A stretch of 64,000 bases of DNA. Source: an uncultured archaeon (GTDB lineage Archaea; Thermoplasmatota; Penumbrarchaeia; JASLWR01). The position numbers and the translations under genes are program-made. Shown piece after piece: positions 1 to 9,298 of this stretch. The notes under the pieces were generated by a model that had not been told where the DNA came from, made no database searches, and was given only the letters and a program-made list of their open reading frames with translations. The DNA is taken from NCBI GenBank assembly GCA_964342815.1, contig CAYFHS010000002.1, positions 3,079-67,078 on the forward strand, in the 5' to 3' direction. How positions within the stretch are numbered: position 1 is the first letter of the stretch; each line of letters starts with the position of its first letter.

Positions 1-304
1 TCTAAACTCACTCTTCAATCCCTTACGATCCCTCTCAGAATTCCGTTGTCCACGACTATTCTCATCCCGTTCGTCATGTAGTTCTCGTATGCTTTTTCCG
101 TTGTCATCTCTCTCAAGGTCATCCCATCACCTCGGTTTCAAGTATCAAAAATGCCTCCGACACCAGCCAGTATCAAGATAGACGCAGGGATCTACCGGAG
201 GCTGATACAAACAAATACGGAAGTATATAAAAGCCTTAACAGAGGGTGAGTGAAAGTAAAATGAAGTCGGATATTTTGTGCTCGATCCCCGTTCTACAAC
301 ATGT

Positions 305-1222
305 CTATTTCTGATCGCTTTCGTACCGCTTTCGGATCGTGTATTTTTTCACCATTCTTACAGGATGATAGGACAATTTTGCCTGTCGGAGGCCGGGCAC
401 TCCAAGGTCCTGCTCTCTATTTATAAACTCGATATCATGCCAATGGTTTTCAGCGAACTGTTGGTTGATGAGAGTATACAATCCTTCGATGCCGGTATTG
501 GCCTTCTCTATGTGGATCACCGCCGTCCTTTCGTTCAGCTTTTCGCCCATAGCAAATGCCTCCATCCTGCCGTCAACCATCACCATCCCGCCTGAAAGGC
601 CCAGTTCACCGAAGTTTTCTAGAGCCTCATTCACCGAACTCCATTCATCCATCAGGTTCATATCCTCATCACAGCGCCTGATATCGCACCACCTTCCAGC
701 AAGTTCACGACATTCCATCAGGTCGTCCCTTTCCATGGGTCGATACTCGAACCCGTATTTTCGTTTGAACCTGTTTATCTGCTGCCTCTTTGAGCTGTAC
801 TTCTTGCCGGCCAACCCGATAAGCGCCGAGCTTTCATACACATAGTCGAACTGGTCGCGAGTCGGTTCCGCGAGGAGAATTTCCACACCCTCGACTTCGG
901 ATAGCAACCGTCCGTCGGCTCTATCTATAAACGGTTCCTTTGATCCCATTTCCTCCTTCAGCCATTCCAAAAGAATCACCACAACGTCTGAACGAGAGGG
1001 TCTGCCCACCGGGGGAAGAGCGTGAAGGTTCCCGCCTACGGAATAGATGATGAGCAGCCAATCATCGTATATGGTCCATTGGAACCCATAATGATCCCGC
1101 CAGATGTATAGGTTCGTGAACGTCAGTTCGGAGGTTTCCGGGAGATAATCTCTGAAGAACCCGTGTATTACATCCCTGTCTAAAAGCTCAACGGGTTTGA
1201 AATATGGAAATTCCGGATACAT
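305..1222 (-). CDS. DUF2156 / phosphatidylglycerol-lysyltransferase C-terminal-like (GNAT/FemAB-fold) domain protein
   Basis: Full ORF of 305 aa. Motifs 'TFTNLYIWR', 'GKKYSSKRQQINRF' and 'KLSYHPVRMVKKYTI' resemble the DUF2156/LPG_synthase_C family. No TM segments. Family assignment from memory only. Confidence 0.5.
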   Translation of the reverse strand: MYPEFPYFKPVELLDRDVIHGFFRDYLPETSELTFTNLYIWRDHYGFQWTIYDDWLLIIYSVGGNLHALPPVGRPSRSDVVVILLEWLKEEMGSKEPFIDRADGRLLSEVEGVEILLAEPTRDQFDYVYESSALIGLAGKKYSSKRQQINRFKRKYGFEYRPMERDDLMECRELAGRWCDIRRCDEDMNLMDEWSSVNEALENFGELGLSGGMVMVDGRMEAFAMGEKLNERTAVIHIEKANTGIEGLYTLINQQFAENHWHDIEFINREQDLGVPGLRQAKLSYHPVRMVKKYTIRKRYESDQK

Positions 1223-1267
1223 GTCAAGCCTCCTTCTATTTTATAATCTTCCAAGCCACACAAATCA

Positions 1268-4222
1268 TTACAGAATACCAGCCTGTATAAGTCCAACAAA
1301 TATGGTCAACAGCATTAGCACCAGAGCGATCCGTCCGAACCATCGGTGAAAGTTCCGAACCAGCTTCTTTTTCGTCTTAACCTTGAACTGTGCCTGCCCC
1401 AATGCAGGTGTGGCTATCAAGAACAACGCTGTGAACGCTCCGAAATAGGTGTGCAGAACACGGAAATGCTCCCCGCTGGATGATCCAACCATGTAGAAAG
1501 CGAAGCCAATACCGGCTGCAGCGGAACTCACCCCGAGAATTCCCAGCAATCTGTGTGTTTTAAGCCACCATTTTCTGCTCTTCTGGGTCCTGGCAAGAAC
1601 GGCTCCCGTGGATAGCATCACGAATCCGATACCCATCAACACCGCGTGAACGGGCCACAGGGACGGTGAGTCCATCTCGGTGTATTTCCCCGTGGCGAGA
1701 TCGAGAGTAACTTTTCCACGCGAACCGCCGTGGGTCATGGTGAAAACGTCGTCATCCCCCGTAGCCCATATGATATCGATGCGACCGGCAGGAGGTATCG
1801 CCTTGTCCATGGAGTCCCCGGTGTCCAGCTTGCGCTTGAACTCGATCACCGTCCTGCCGTTCTTCTCGGTTCCCGCGAAACCTAAAATATCGTCCGTTCC
1901 TCCGAGAGTAAGGTCCTGGGGATGCGGTCCTTTCTCCCCCGTGGAAAAGCAATCCAGTACAGATACCGTTCCGCTGCCGTCCACCCAGCCGATTATCATA
2001 TCCGCATCCTTCATCCTGGCGGAGGGCTCGAATCCCAGGGCCACCCAGCCAGTAGTCCTGGCCGATATGGCCATGCTGATTACATCTCCGTCGATACGCC
2101 AGTATATCGTGTAATGACCGTTGTCGAAGGAAGCCTCGAATGGGTATTCCCCGTTTCCAATGATGCCGTCTACCATCACCCCATCCGCCGTCTTCTCGTA
2201 CCGGACGTTCACGCTGGCCGTGGCGTTGTTTCCGGTGATGTCCGATGCCCGGGCATGGATCGTGTTCGCTCCCTCCGCAAGACTGAGCTCGACGGTCCAG
2301 TTATCCAGCCCCTCGGCATCAATCCAGGCATCATTGTTCACCCTTACTTCCACACTCCTGAGGCCTCGATCATCACTGGCGGTACCACTCACCATAATAT
2401 CTTTTTTAATTATCACGCTGTCATCCGTTGGCGTCACGATGGAGATCACGGGAGGCACCGTGTCCGGGGGTGTGTAGCTTACGTTAACGGATCCCGTAAT
2501 GCTGTTTTCGGAAGCATCCGTTGCACGAATGTAGAGGACGTTGTTTCCTTCTTTGAGGAAAACGTCGGCGTCCCACGTGTCGGTTGCCGTAAGTAGTGTC
2601 CAATCCCCGTCATTTACCCTTATCTCAAGTTTTGATATACCTCCCTCGTCAGTGGCATTTCCACCAAAGGATATGGTTGAATGATCGAAGTTCTGACCCT
2701 CCAACGGGTGTTCTATTGTTATAAGCGGGGGGGCGTTATCCGACACCTCGTAACTTAAGTTCACCGTGTCCGCTGCGATATTGCCTGAGAAATCCGTCGC
2801 TCGTGCTATGATATTGTTCGCCCCCTCCCCCAGGTCCACCACTGCGCTCCACATCTCCTTTCCCTCTGCAAGCTGCCACGCCTCATTATTCACCCTAACG
2901 TGAACGGCGGCCAGTCCTGTATCGTCCGAAGCGTTCCCCCTGACGGTGATAAGGTTTACGTTGAAAACGCTGCCCTCAGAAGGCGCGGATATACCTATCA
3001 CGGGATTGAGCAAGTCGGGGGGTCCGCTTGTATTGTAGGTGACGTTTACCGTGTCCGTCGCCTGGTTTCCGGAGTCGTCGAAGGCCCTTGCTCGTATGTC
3101 GTTATCACCGGGCTCCAGCGAGAGATCCATGCTCCAGTCCTGAGCGCCATCTGCGGGTTCCCAAGAGCCACCGTTGACACTTATCTCTACACGGTCTAGT
3201 AAGGTGTCATCATGAGCCGATCCCGTAACGGTGAGGTCTCCGCTGTAGAAAATATCCCCTTCCCCGGGATACACAATGGTGATGTCGGGAGGAATGCTGT
3301 CCGCAGGTGGACTGTAGGACACGTTCACCACTGTTTCAGCCTGGTTTCCCGATGTATCCAATGCCCTGGCCTCTATCGTGTTGGCACCTTCCGTCAACAT
3401 TATCTGTAAGCTCCAAGTCGAAGTCCCGTCTGCAGTCTGCCACTGCCCGGAATTGAGCCTGAGCGATACCTCGTCCAGCCCCACATCATCATCAGCGGTT
3501 CCGGTAACTTCAATAGAATTATTATTGAAAATCGCACCCTCTGTGGGAGAATCAATTTCCACTGTTGGGGGCGTGGTATCCTCCACTGGTGCGGCCATAT
3601 CTAGAGTCCCACTCCCCTTCGCAACGTGTTTTACAGTGATGGTATCCGTGGCACCAATGGCCCAGATTATATTCATAGTCCCGGTAGATGGGATGGTATT
3701 GTCGTATGAGTCCCCCGTGTCCAGTTTTCGTTCGAACTCCATTGTAGTCACCCCGACGGCTTCAGTTCCCGCATAGTTGATAATGTCATCGGTTCCTCCG
3801 AGAATCGTGTCCGGACTGTGAGGGCCGTAATTCCCGGTGCAATACTGGTCCGAGGTGTCTGGAGTCCCGCCGGAAACCCAGCCGAATACCATGTCCGCGT
3901 CCTTCATTGCAGAACTTGGATCGAAACCTATTGTTACCCATCCAGTGGTCTTCCCGGATATGGCCATAGTTATATTCTCACCTTCTATGATCCAATAAAC
4001 GTTGAAATCACCTCCCCCGAAGGAGGCTTCGTTGGTGTACTCGCCATCGTCCACCACCCCGTCAAGTCCGGCTCTGGTTCCGGTCCGCGATCGTTCGGTA
4101 TCGGTATACTCGACGGAATGGGTTGATAATGAGACCGAAAGAACCATGAGTACCAGTGATAGACCTAAAAAGATGGGCAACACTCTATGGACTGTTATTA
4201 CTTTACTGTTCATAATTTTCAC
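1268..4222 (-). CDS. Membrane protein: N-terminal signal/TM, DOMON-like domain, five Ig-like repeats of about 88 aa, second DOMON-like domain, C-terminal four-helix cytochrome b561-like (di-haem) membrane domain
   Basis: 984-aa ORF. Two paralogous segments ('GWVTIGFDPSSAMKDADMVFGWVSGG' and 'GWVALGFEPSARMKDADMIIGWVDGSG') match the DOMON superfamily pattern. Five tandem repeats with consensus 'PP-I-I--P-EG--F-----V-G-A-DD-GL--V-V-N---W--A-G---W-----L-EG-N-I-ARA-D-SGN'. The C-terminus has four hydrophobic helices, each carrying a conserved His (PVHAVL, KTHRLL, VLHTYF, NFHRWF). Confidence 0.7.
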   Translation of the reverse strand: MKIMNSKVITVHRVLPIFLGLSLVLMVLSVSLSTHSVEYTDTERSRTGTRAGLDGVVDDGEYTNEASFGGGDFNVYWIIEGENITMAISGKTTGWVTIGFDPSSAMKDADMVFGWVSGGTPDTSDQYCTGNYGPHSPDTILGGTDDIINYAGTEAVGVTTMEFERKLDTGDSYDNTIPSTGTMNIIWAIGATDTITVKHVAKGSGTLDMAAPVEDTTPPTVEIDSPTEGAIFNNNSIEVTGTADDDVGLDEVSLRLNSGQWQTADGTSTWSLQIMLTEGANTIEARALDTSGNQAETVVNVSYSPPADSIPPDITIVYPGEGDIFYSGDLTVTGSAHDDTLLDRVEISVNGGSWEPADGAQDWSMDLSLEPGDNDIRARAFDDSGNQATDTVNVTYNTSGPPDLLNPVIGISAPSEGSVFNVNLITVRGNASDDTGLAAVHVRVNNEAWQLAEGKEMWSAVVDLGEGANNIIARATDFSGNIAADTVNLSYEVSDNAPPLITIEHPLEGQNFDHSTISFGGNATDEGGISKLEIRVNDGDWTLLTATDTWDADVFLKEGNNVLYIRATDASENSITGSVNVSYTPPDTVPPVISIVTPTDDSVIIKKDIMVSGTASDDRGLRSVEVRVNNDAWIDAEGLDNWTVELSLAEGANTIHARASDITGNNATASVNVRYEKTADGVMVDGIIGNGEYPFEASFDNGHYTIYWRIDGDVISMAISARTTGWVALGFEPSARMKDADMIIGWVDGSGTVSVLDCFSTGEKGPHPQDLTLGGTDDILGFAGTEKNGRTVIEFKRKLDTGDSMDKAIPPAGRIDIIWATGDDDVFTMTHGGSRGKVTLDLATGKYTEMDSPSLWPVHAVLMGIGFVMLSTGAVLARTQKSRKWWLKTHRLLGILGVSSAAAGIGFAFYMVGSSSGEHFRVLHTYFGAFTALFLIATPALGQAQFKVKTKKKLVRNFHRWFGRIALVLMLLTIFVGLIQAGIL
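2260..3571 (-). repeat. Five tandem Ig-like domain repeats (about 264 nt each) inside the DOMON/cyt-b561 gene
   Basis: Protein-level tandem repeats clearly alignable by eye. Nucleotide identity between units is only moderate. Confidence 0.7.
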
Positions 4223-4674
4223 TACTTTTCTATATCAGCGACCATTGGATTTACTTTCTGCGACAAAATATTCATGTTCATAGAATCCAGGGATATACGA
4301 ATTCTTAAGGAAATAGAAATATATGAAGATTCAGTCAAGTCCGAGAAATATAAATATTCACTACTTTGAAAACGGTACTCGCCCCACGGGATCCGGTGAC
4401 AAAAGACACCCTAGAAAAAAGCCTATCCATACGCCCCTGCATTCATTTGCTTTATCACCGTTTTGGTCAATAGTTCGTCATTTCAGTGTAATATCTTCAT
4501 ACAGTGCACCTCGAACAATATACGGCAAAGTAAATATAGATATAAATCCGTAAAATCATCATACAGACCATTCAGGATTTTTTTGGACCGAGAGGGGTGA
4601 GTAATGAACTAACGGGGGAGTAGGATAACGAAGGGCTGTATCGTCGATCTTCAAAACACAAAAGGAGGTATCCA

Positions 4675-6393
4675 TTGAGCGTGATTAGTAAATCCGAGAT
4701 TTGTCTTGTTATTGTCGTATTGTTTTTCGCAACCGTTTTCATGGGCTGCGTGGACTCTCCCGGGGGCGAGCGGGATCTGAGCCTTGACCTCCACGAGTTT
4801 CAATATGATACCGAAAGCATAAATCTGGCGGCGGACAACGAAGGGAACCTGCATACAATATGGCAAAAGGTCGAAGATGAGAAGATCAAGCTATTCTACA
4901 TCAAGATGGACAATGACGGCGATCCCGTCATGCCCAAGAAATTAGTGTATTCCGCAGACCTTACCCGGCGAATCCAGTACACAGACCCGGCAATTTCCAT
5001 GGATTCCAAAGGAAATGCCCACGTTGTATTCGAGGCAAATAACAACCTTTTCTACTGCAAATTGTCGAATGATGGAAAGATACTGGAAAAACCCTTGCAG
5101 ATCACTCATCGTGGCAGATCCACCGATTCCAATATTGCAGTGGACCTGGAGGATAATCTGAATATCGTCTGGACCAGCTGGGTCACCGGAAAGGCCAGGA
5201 TCTACTACATGAAATTAGATAGCTGCGGGAAGATGCTGATCGACGCAAAGGAAATCAGCGAGGTCCGGTCCTATGACCCAACAATAGTTATGGATTCCAA
5301 GGGCGGGATCCATATCTCCTGGTACTACGAGGACACAGGTGCTTATCCCCTGGGATTATACCTTGTAAAAATGGATCTTCGGGGAAATATCGTTTACGAG
5401 AAGAACATGGCATTTCCAAATGTGGAATTCAGACGGTCCTCAATCGAGCTCATGGTGAATTCGAAAGATCAGACGGGACTGGTGTACACCCTGAACAACC
5501 GCTTGAAGTATTTTCCTGCTGAGCTGTTGGACGGCGAGCATGATGGAGAGTCCTCTTTTGAAGAAGATTTCAGAAGAAAGAGCGACTGTGAGTACTATCT
5601 CGAACTTCCATACTTTACTATCTATAAAAGCTGTTTCATCAATATTACAATGATAAAGGGGGTGCTGGGGCGATGTTCCGGCGATATCCTGCTGAGTCTG
5701 AATGACGGAGAATACACAACGATCGGGAGCTGGTCCTTCGGACAGCTAGGCGAACTTGTGGTAGAACGCATGAAGATCAATGTCACCCAGTATATCACGT
5801 CCGATGGAGTCTACAGAATAAAATTCGAAAAGGACAACGATATATTCGGTGAGATGTCCGATCCCGAAATTCTCAGCGTGAAACTGATCTCGGAGGCTTC
5901 TGAATATGAAGAAACGGAGAATATTATCGGGATGAGCCTTTCGGAGAATTTCGTTCTCGAGCCATCGGTGGCCGTGGACAGCGAGGATTGCAACAACTTT
6001 GTCTGGTACGACGATACGGGCAATCACAGCCAGCTTCACAATCTCAAAACAGACTACTACGGAAATATAATTATGAAGGAGCGGCAGATAACCCTCGAAG
6101 TGGGCCGGCTCTATGACCCGGCAGTGGTCATTGACAAGGGAAACTGTATTCATCTCGTGTGGCTGGACGAGGATGAAGACGACACCAGGACCTTTTACAT
6201 GAAAATGGACGGATACGGAAAGATCATGGTCCCCGCAAGAGAGATAAAGTACGTCGAAAAGGATGAATCCACCTGGTTATTGTACTATATAATGCCCGTA
6301 TTGGTCTGCGTCATCACAGTATCTGTTCTGTTGCTATTACATATACGAAAGATAAGAAAAAATAGGGTGGAATTCACAATCATATTCGAGTGA
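4675..6393 (+). CDS. Membrane-anchored PD40/TolB-like beta-propeller repeat protein (N-terminal signal with Cys, C-terminal TM helix)
   Basis: Shine-Dalgarno 'AAGGAGGT' at 4662-4669, then a TTG/GTG start. N-terminus 'VIVVLFFATVFMGCVDSPGG' is a signal/lipobox-like segment. At least six repeats of the type 'G-hH-vW-----k-YYMKLD--G-------I'. C-terminal TM 'LLYYIMPVLVCVITVSVLLLL'. Start codon uncertain (TTG 4675, GTG 4681). Confidence 0.65.
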   Translation: MSVISKSEICLVIVVLFFATVFMGCVDSPGGERDLSLDLHEFQYDTESINLAADNEGNLHTIWQKVEDEKIKLFYIKMDNDGDPVMPKKLVYSADLTRRIQYTDPAISMDSKGNAHVVFEANNNLFYCKLSNDGKILEKPLQITHRGRSTDSNIAVDLEDNLNIVWTSWVTGKARIYYMKLDSCGKMLIDAKEISEVRSYDPTIVMDSKGGIHISWYYEDTGAYPLGLYLVKMDLRGNIVYEKNMAFPNVEFRRSSIELMVNSKDQTGLVYTLNNRLKYFPAELLDGEHDGESSFEEDFRRKSDCEYYLELPYFTIYKSCFINITMIKGVLGRCSGDILLSLNDGEYTTIGSWSFGQLGELVVERMKINVTQYITSDGVYRIKFEKDNDIFGEMSDPEILSVKLISEASEYEETENIIGMSLSENFVLEPSVAVDSEDCNNFVWYDDTGNHSQLHNLKTDYYGNIIMKERQITLEVGRLYDPAVVIDKGNCIHLVWLDEDEDDTRTFYMKMDGYGKIMVPAREIKYVEKDESTWLLYYIMPVLVCVITVSVLLLLHIRKIRKNRVEFTIIFE

Positions 6394-6402
6394 GCCGTTG
6401 AC

Positions 6403-7566
6403 TCATATCACACCGTCGTTGTGCAGTTCCACCACGTCATATCCCAGCTCACCGTATATCACCTCATTGTGCTCCCCCAGTCTCGGCGGGAATGAGAGCT
6501 CTCCGGTTCTCGTTGCCGGTACCGCGGGCGGGGCCAGTTTCATCTCCACTCCGCTCACCGGATCCCGTACACTTGTAAGTTTCCCGGATAGATAATCGTC
6601 ATCCAACACATCTTCCAGCGTCTTCACCTCTGAAACGGGTATGCGTGCGGAACGAAATAGAGTAATAAGCTCTTCCGTTGTATGTTTCGATGTGATGGCT
6701 GCTAGCTCATGGGTAAGTTTATCATTTTCTCTCTTACGCCCCTCGTTGGTACTGTAAATATCCTGCGAAAGTGAGCTGAAACCTGGAATTTCAGTTATTG
6801 ATCTCCACTGAGTATTGTTACCTACTGCAAGAGATACGTAACCGTCCTTCGTTGGATAGACATCAACAGGGGCGAATGTGGGGTGTTGGTTACCCGACTT
6901 GGGCGGTTTCTCGCCCATGCTGGTTGCGGACAACTGGAATGATAGCAGCGACAGAGCGCACTCGGTCATTGATAGATCGATCCTTCGGCCCTCACCCGTA
7001 CGCTCCCTTTGATAAAGCGCCTTCATCACCTCGCAGTAGCCCTGGTTCCCCGCTTCCATGTCAACGATTGAAACACCGAAACGCAGAGGCAGGCTTCCCG
7101 GAGGTCCGTTGGTATCCATCAATCCGGTGTATGCCTGGATCATGGGATCGTACGCGGCCTCGGGACGCTCGGGTCCGAAACCCGATATCCCGAGCCAGAT
7201 CAGGTTTTCACGGACTTCGCGGAGACTATTATAATCCACACCCAACTTTTCGTAACTGGAAGGGATCTGGTTGCATGCGAACACATCTATTTTGAAGTGG
7301 TGGATCAGATCATGAAGTATCTTACGGCCCGTCTCATCCTTCAGATTGAGGGTAATACCGTATTTTCCCGTGTTCATGGGTAGAAAATGAGTGCACATAT
7401 CCTCCTCGCCCAGAACCTTAGCTCCCACCTTCCTGTTGGGATCACCGCGGGTCTGCTCTATCTTTATTACTTTCGCTCCGTCCATGGCAAGACGCCAGGT
7501 ACAGTAGGGAAGCGCCATGGCCTGTTCCACCGCCAACACTGTGGTCCCTTGAAGTAATCCGCCCAC
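6403..7566 (-). CDS. CoA-transferase family III (CaiB/BaiF/formyl-CoA transferase family)
   Basis: 387 aa. N-terminus 'LLQGTTVLAVEQAMALPYCTWRLAMDGAKVIKIEQ' is the typical family III start, and length and later motifs fit. The stop of the upstream hyuB-like gene (7568) directly abuts the start (7566). Confidence 0.85.
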   Translation of the reverse strand: MGGLLQGTTVLAVEQAMALPYCTWRLAMDGAKVIKIEQTRGDPNRKVGAKVLGEEDMCTHFLPMNTGKYGITLNLKDETGRKILHDLIHHFKIDVFACNQIPSSYEKLGVDYNSLREVRENLIWLGISGFGPERPEAAYDPMIQAYTGLMDTNGPPGSLPLRFGVSIVDMEAGNQGYCEVMKALYQRERTGEGRRIDLSMTECALSLLSFQLSATSMGEKPPKSGNQHPTFAPVDVYPTKDGYVSLAVGNNTQWRSITEIPGFSSLSQDIYSTNEGRKRENDKLTHELAAITSKHTTEELITLFRSARIPVSEVKTLEDVLDDDYLSGKLTSVRDPVSGVEMKLAPPAVPATRTGELSFPPRLGEHNEVIYGELGYDVVELHNDGVI

Positions 7567-7567
7567 C

Positions 7568-9298
7568 TCAGTCCCCCCGGGCTCTCTCTGTAGCCTTTTG
7601 ATCCACCTCGTAGGTCTCTGGGTTTACTATCACGCCGTAATCGTTCTTCGCACTTTCGAATGATATTATTCCGTTACGGACCTCTTCCGCCACTATTGCC
7701 GCCGGACGTTTCAGGGGGTTCCCGTAACCACCTCCGCCTCCCGCTCTCTGGGACCAGACGGTCCCCGCAGGAACGTTCTCCACCAGATCCTTCGATGTGG
7801 TCTTGTAGACCCTATCGTCGGGGTAGATAAGATTTATTTTGTTCAACGTGGAATTTTTCCCACCAAAAAGACCGAATGCGGGCTCTACGTCCCCGTCGCC
7901 GAAGGTCACTACCGTGGTATCGTCCGAGCCGATCATGAATTTCGTAATAATGCCCAGACCGCCGCGGTACTGGCCGGCTCCCGCCGAGTCCCGCCAGTAT
8001 TCGTGTTCCAGAAGTAAATGCGGGGTCTGCTGCTCGAACATCTCGTAGTCCTGGTCCAAAACCCCTCCGGAAGCGTCTATCATCCCTATATGATCGTAAC
8101 CGTCCACTCCCTTCGTTGCCCCGGAACCTCCTTTCAATCCCAGAAACACTATGTCCACGAACTTCGCGTCTTTCCTATGGTCCGTTCCCGTGGTCAGACC
8201 GCACAGAAGCTGGTTCCAGCCTGCGGTTATGCGCTCCGGTATCGCACTAGCAAGAGCCCTAATTATGGAATCCGCATTGGGTGGACAGAGATGATTTCCG
8301 AAGGTGGTGGCCTTTGGGTAAGCGGCATTCAGTATGGTACCTTCCGGAATAATGATCCTTATGGGCCGTACCATGCCGTCGTTATGCGGCATGTCCGGAT
8401 TCACCATCTGCAGGAATGTAAGAACCGTAGCAGAAGCGGAAGATGTGAACGTACCGTTGACAAAGCCGTTGGTTTGAGGATCCGTATTCGTGTAATCGAA
8501 AATTATTTCCTGGTCCTTCACCGTTATGTCCACCCTGATCTTGAAACGGGATCCGGGGTGCCTACCATCGTAATACACGTTTGCTTCCCCGTGATACTTC
8601 CCGTTGGGTATGGTCCTTATCTCGGCCCTCATCATCTTTTCCGTGGCCCGGAACAGATAATCCTTGTGCGACTCGAACACTTCGACGCCGTATTTCTCCA
8701 CGAGAGCGAGAATACCCCGCTCACCCACCACGCAGCTTCCGATCTCCGCCCTCATGTCCTCTGCCACTATATCGTAGCGTATGTTGGCGAAGATTAGATC
8801 CCACACGTCCTTCCGCAGCTTTCCCTTCTCGTAGACCTTCACGGGAGGTATCCTCAAAGCCTCCTGCCAGACCTCGGTGGCATTGGGATTGTAGCCGCCG
8901 GCAACATTGCCCCCTATATCAGCCTGATGACCCTTGCAGGCCGCCCAGGCAACTAATTTCTCTTTGTAGAAGATGGGTTTGTACACTGCCACATCGTTGT
9001 TCTGGTTTCCCATTGAAAATACATCGTTGTGGAATATCACGTCCCCGGGATATATCTCGTCGCCGTAGTACTTGAGTATATACTCGCATACCGGCCCCAG
9101 TGAGAATGACAGTATAGGAAGATTCTCGGTCTGTTCGAGCATCTTTCCATTTGCATCATACAGCCCCGTTACGAAATCCTTTGCCTCGCATAGGATGGGA
9201 GAGCGAGTTGTGCGCGCAAGGGCGATGCTCATTTCCTCGGTTATGGATTTGAACCTTCTCTGGAGGACGGAAACCAATATTTTGTCGATCTCGGTCAT
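7568..9298 (-). CDS. hyuB: Hydantoinase B / N-methylhydantoinase B / oxoprolinase (HyuB family)
   Basis: 576 aa with family-typical motifs ('ARTTRSPILCEAKDF', 'MGNQNNDVAVYKP', 'GGGGGYGNP'). Its start overlaps the hyuA stop by 4 nt (ATGA), implying translational coupling. Confidence 0.9.
   Translation of the reverse strand: MTEIDKILVSVLQRRFKSITEEMSIALARTTRSPILCEAKDFVTGLYDANGKMLEQTENLPILSFSLGPVCEYILKYYGDEIYPGDVIFHNDVFSMGNQNNDVAVYKPIFYKEKLVAWAACKGHQADIGGNVAGGYNPNATEVWQEALRIPPVKVYEKGKLRKDVWDLIFANIRYDIVAEDMRAEIGSCVVGERGILALVEKYGVEVFESHKDYLFRATEKMMRAEIRTIPNGKYHGEANVYYDGRHPGSRFKIRVDITVKDQEIIFDYTNTDPQTNGFVNGTFTSSASATVLTFLQMVNPDMPHNDGMVRPIRIIIPEGTILNAAYPKATTFGNHLCPPNADSIIRALASAIPERITAGWNQLLCGLTTGTDHRKDAKFVDIVFLGLKGGSGATKGVDGYDHIGMIDASGGVLDQDYEMFEQQTPHLLLEHEYWRDSAGAGQYRGGLGIITKFMIGSDDTTVVTFGDGDVEPAFGLFGGKNSTLNKINLIYPDDRVYKTTSKDLVENVPAGTVWSQRAGGGGGYGNPLKRPAAIVAEEVRNGIISFESAKNDYGVIVNPETYEVDQKATERARGD

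Noticed and set aside
278-845. Plus-strand ORFs 278..595 and 465..845 from the ORF track
   Set aside because: They lie entirely inside, and antisense to, the well-supported 305..1222 gene. Low-complexity Ser/Pro/Arg-rich composition typical of antisense frames.
8018-9075. Plus-strand ORFs of 259 and 164 aa (8018..8797 and 8581..9075) antisense to hyuB
   Set aside because: Arg/Pro/Ser-rich translation from a GC-rich coding region on the opposite strand. hyuB is unambiguous.
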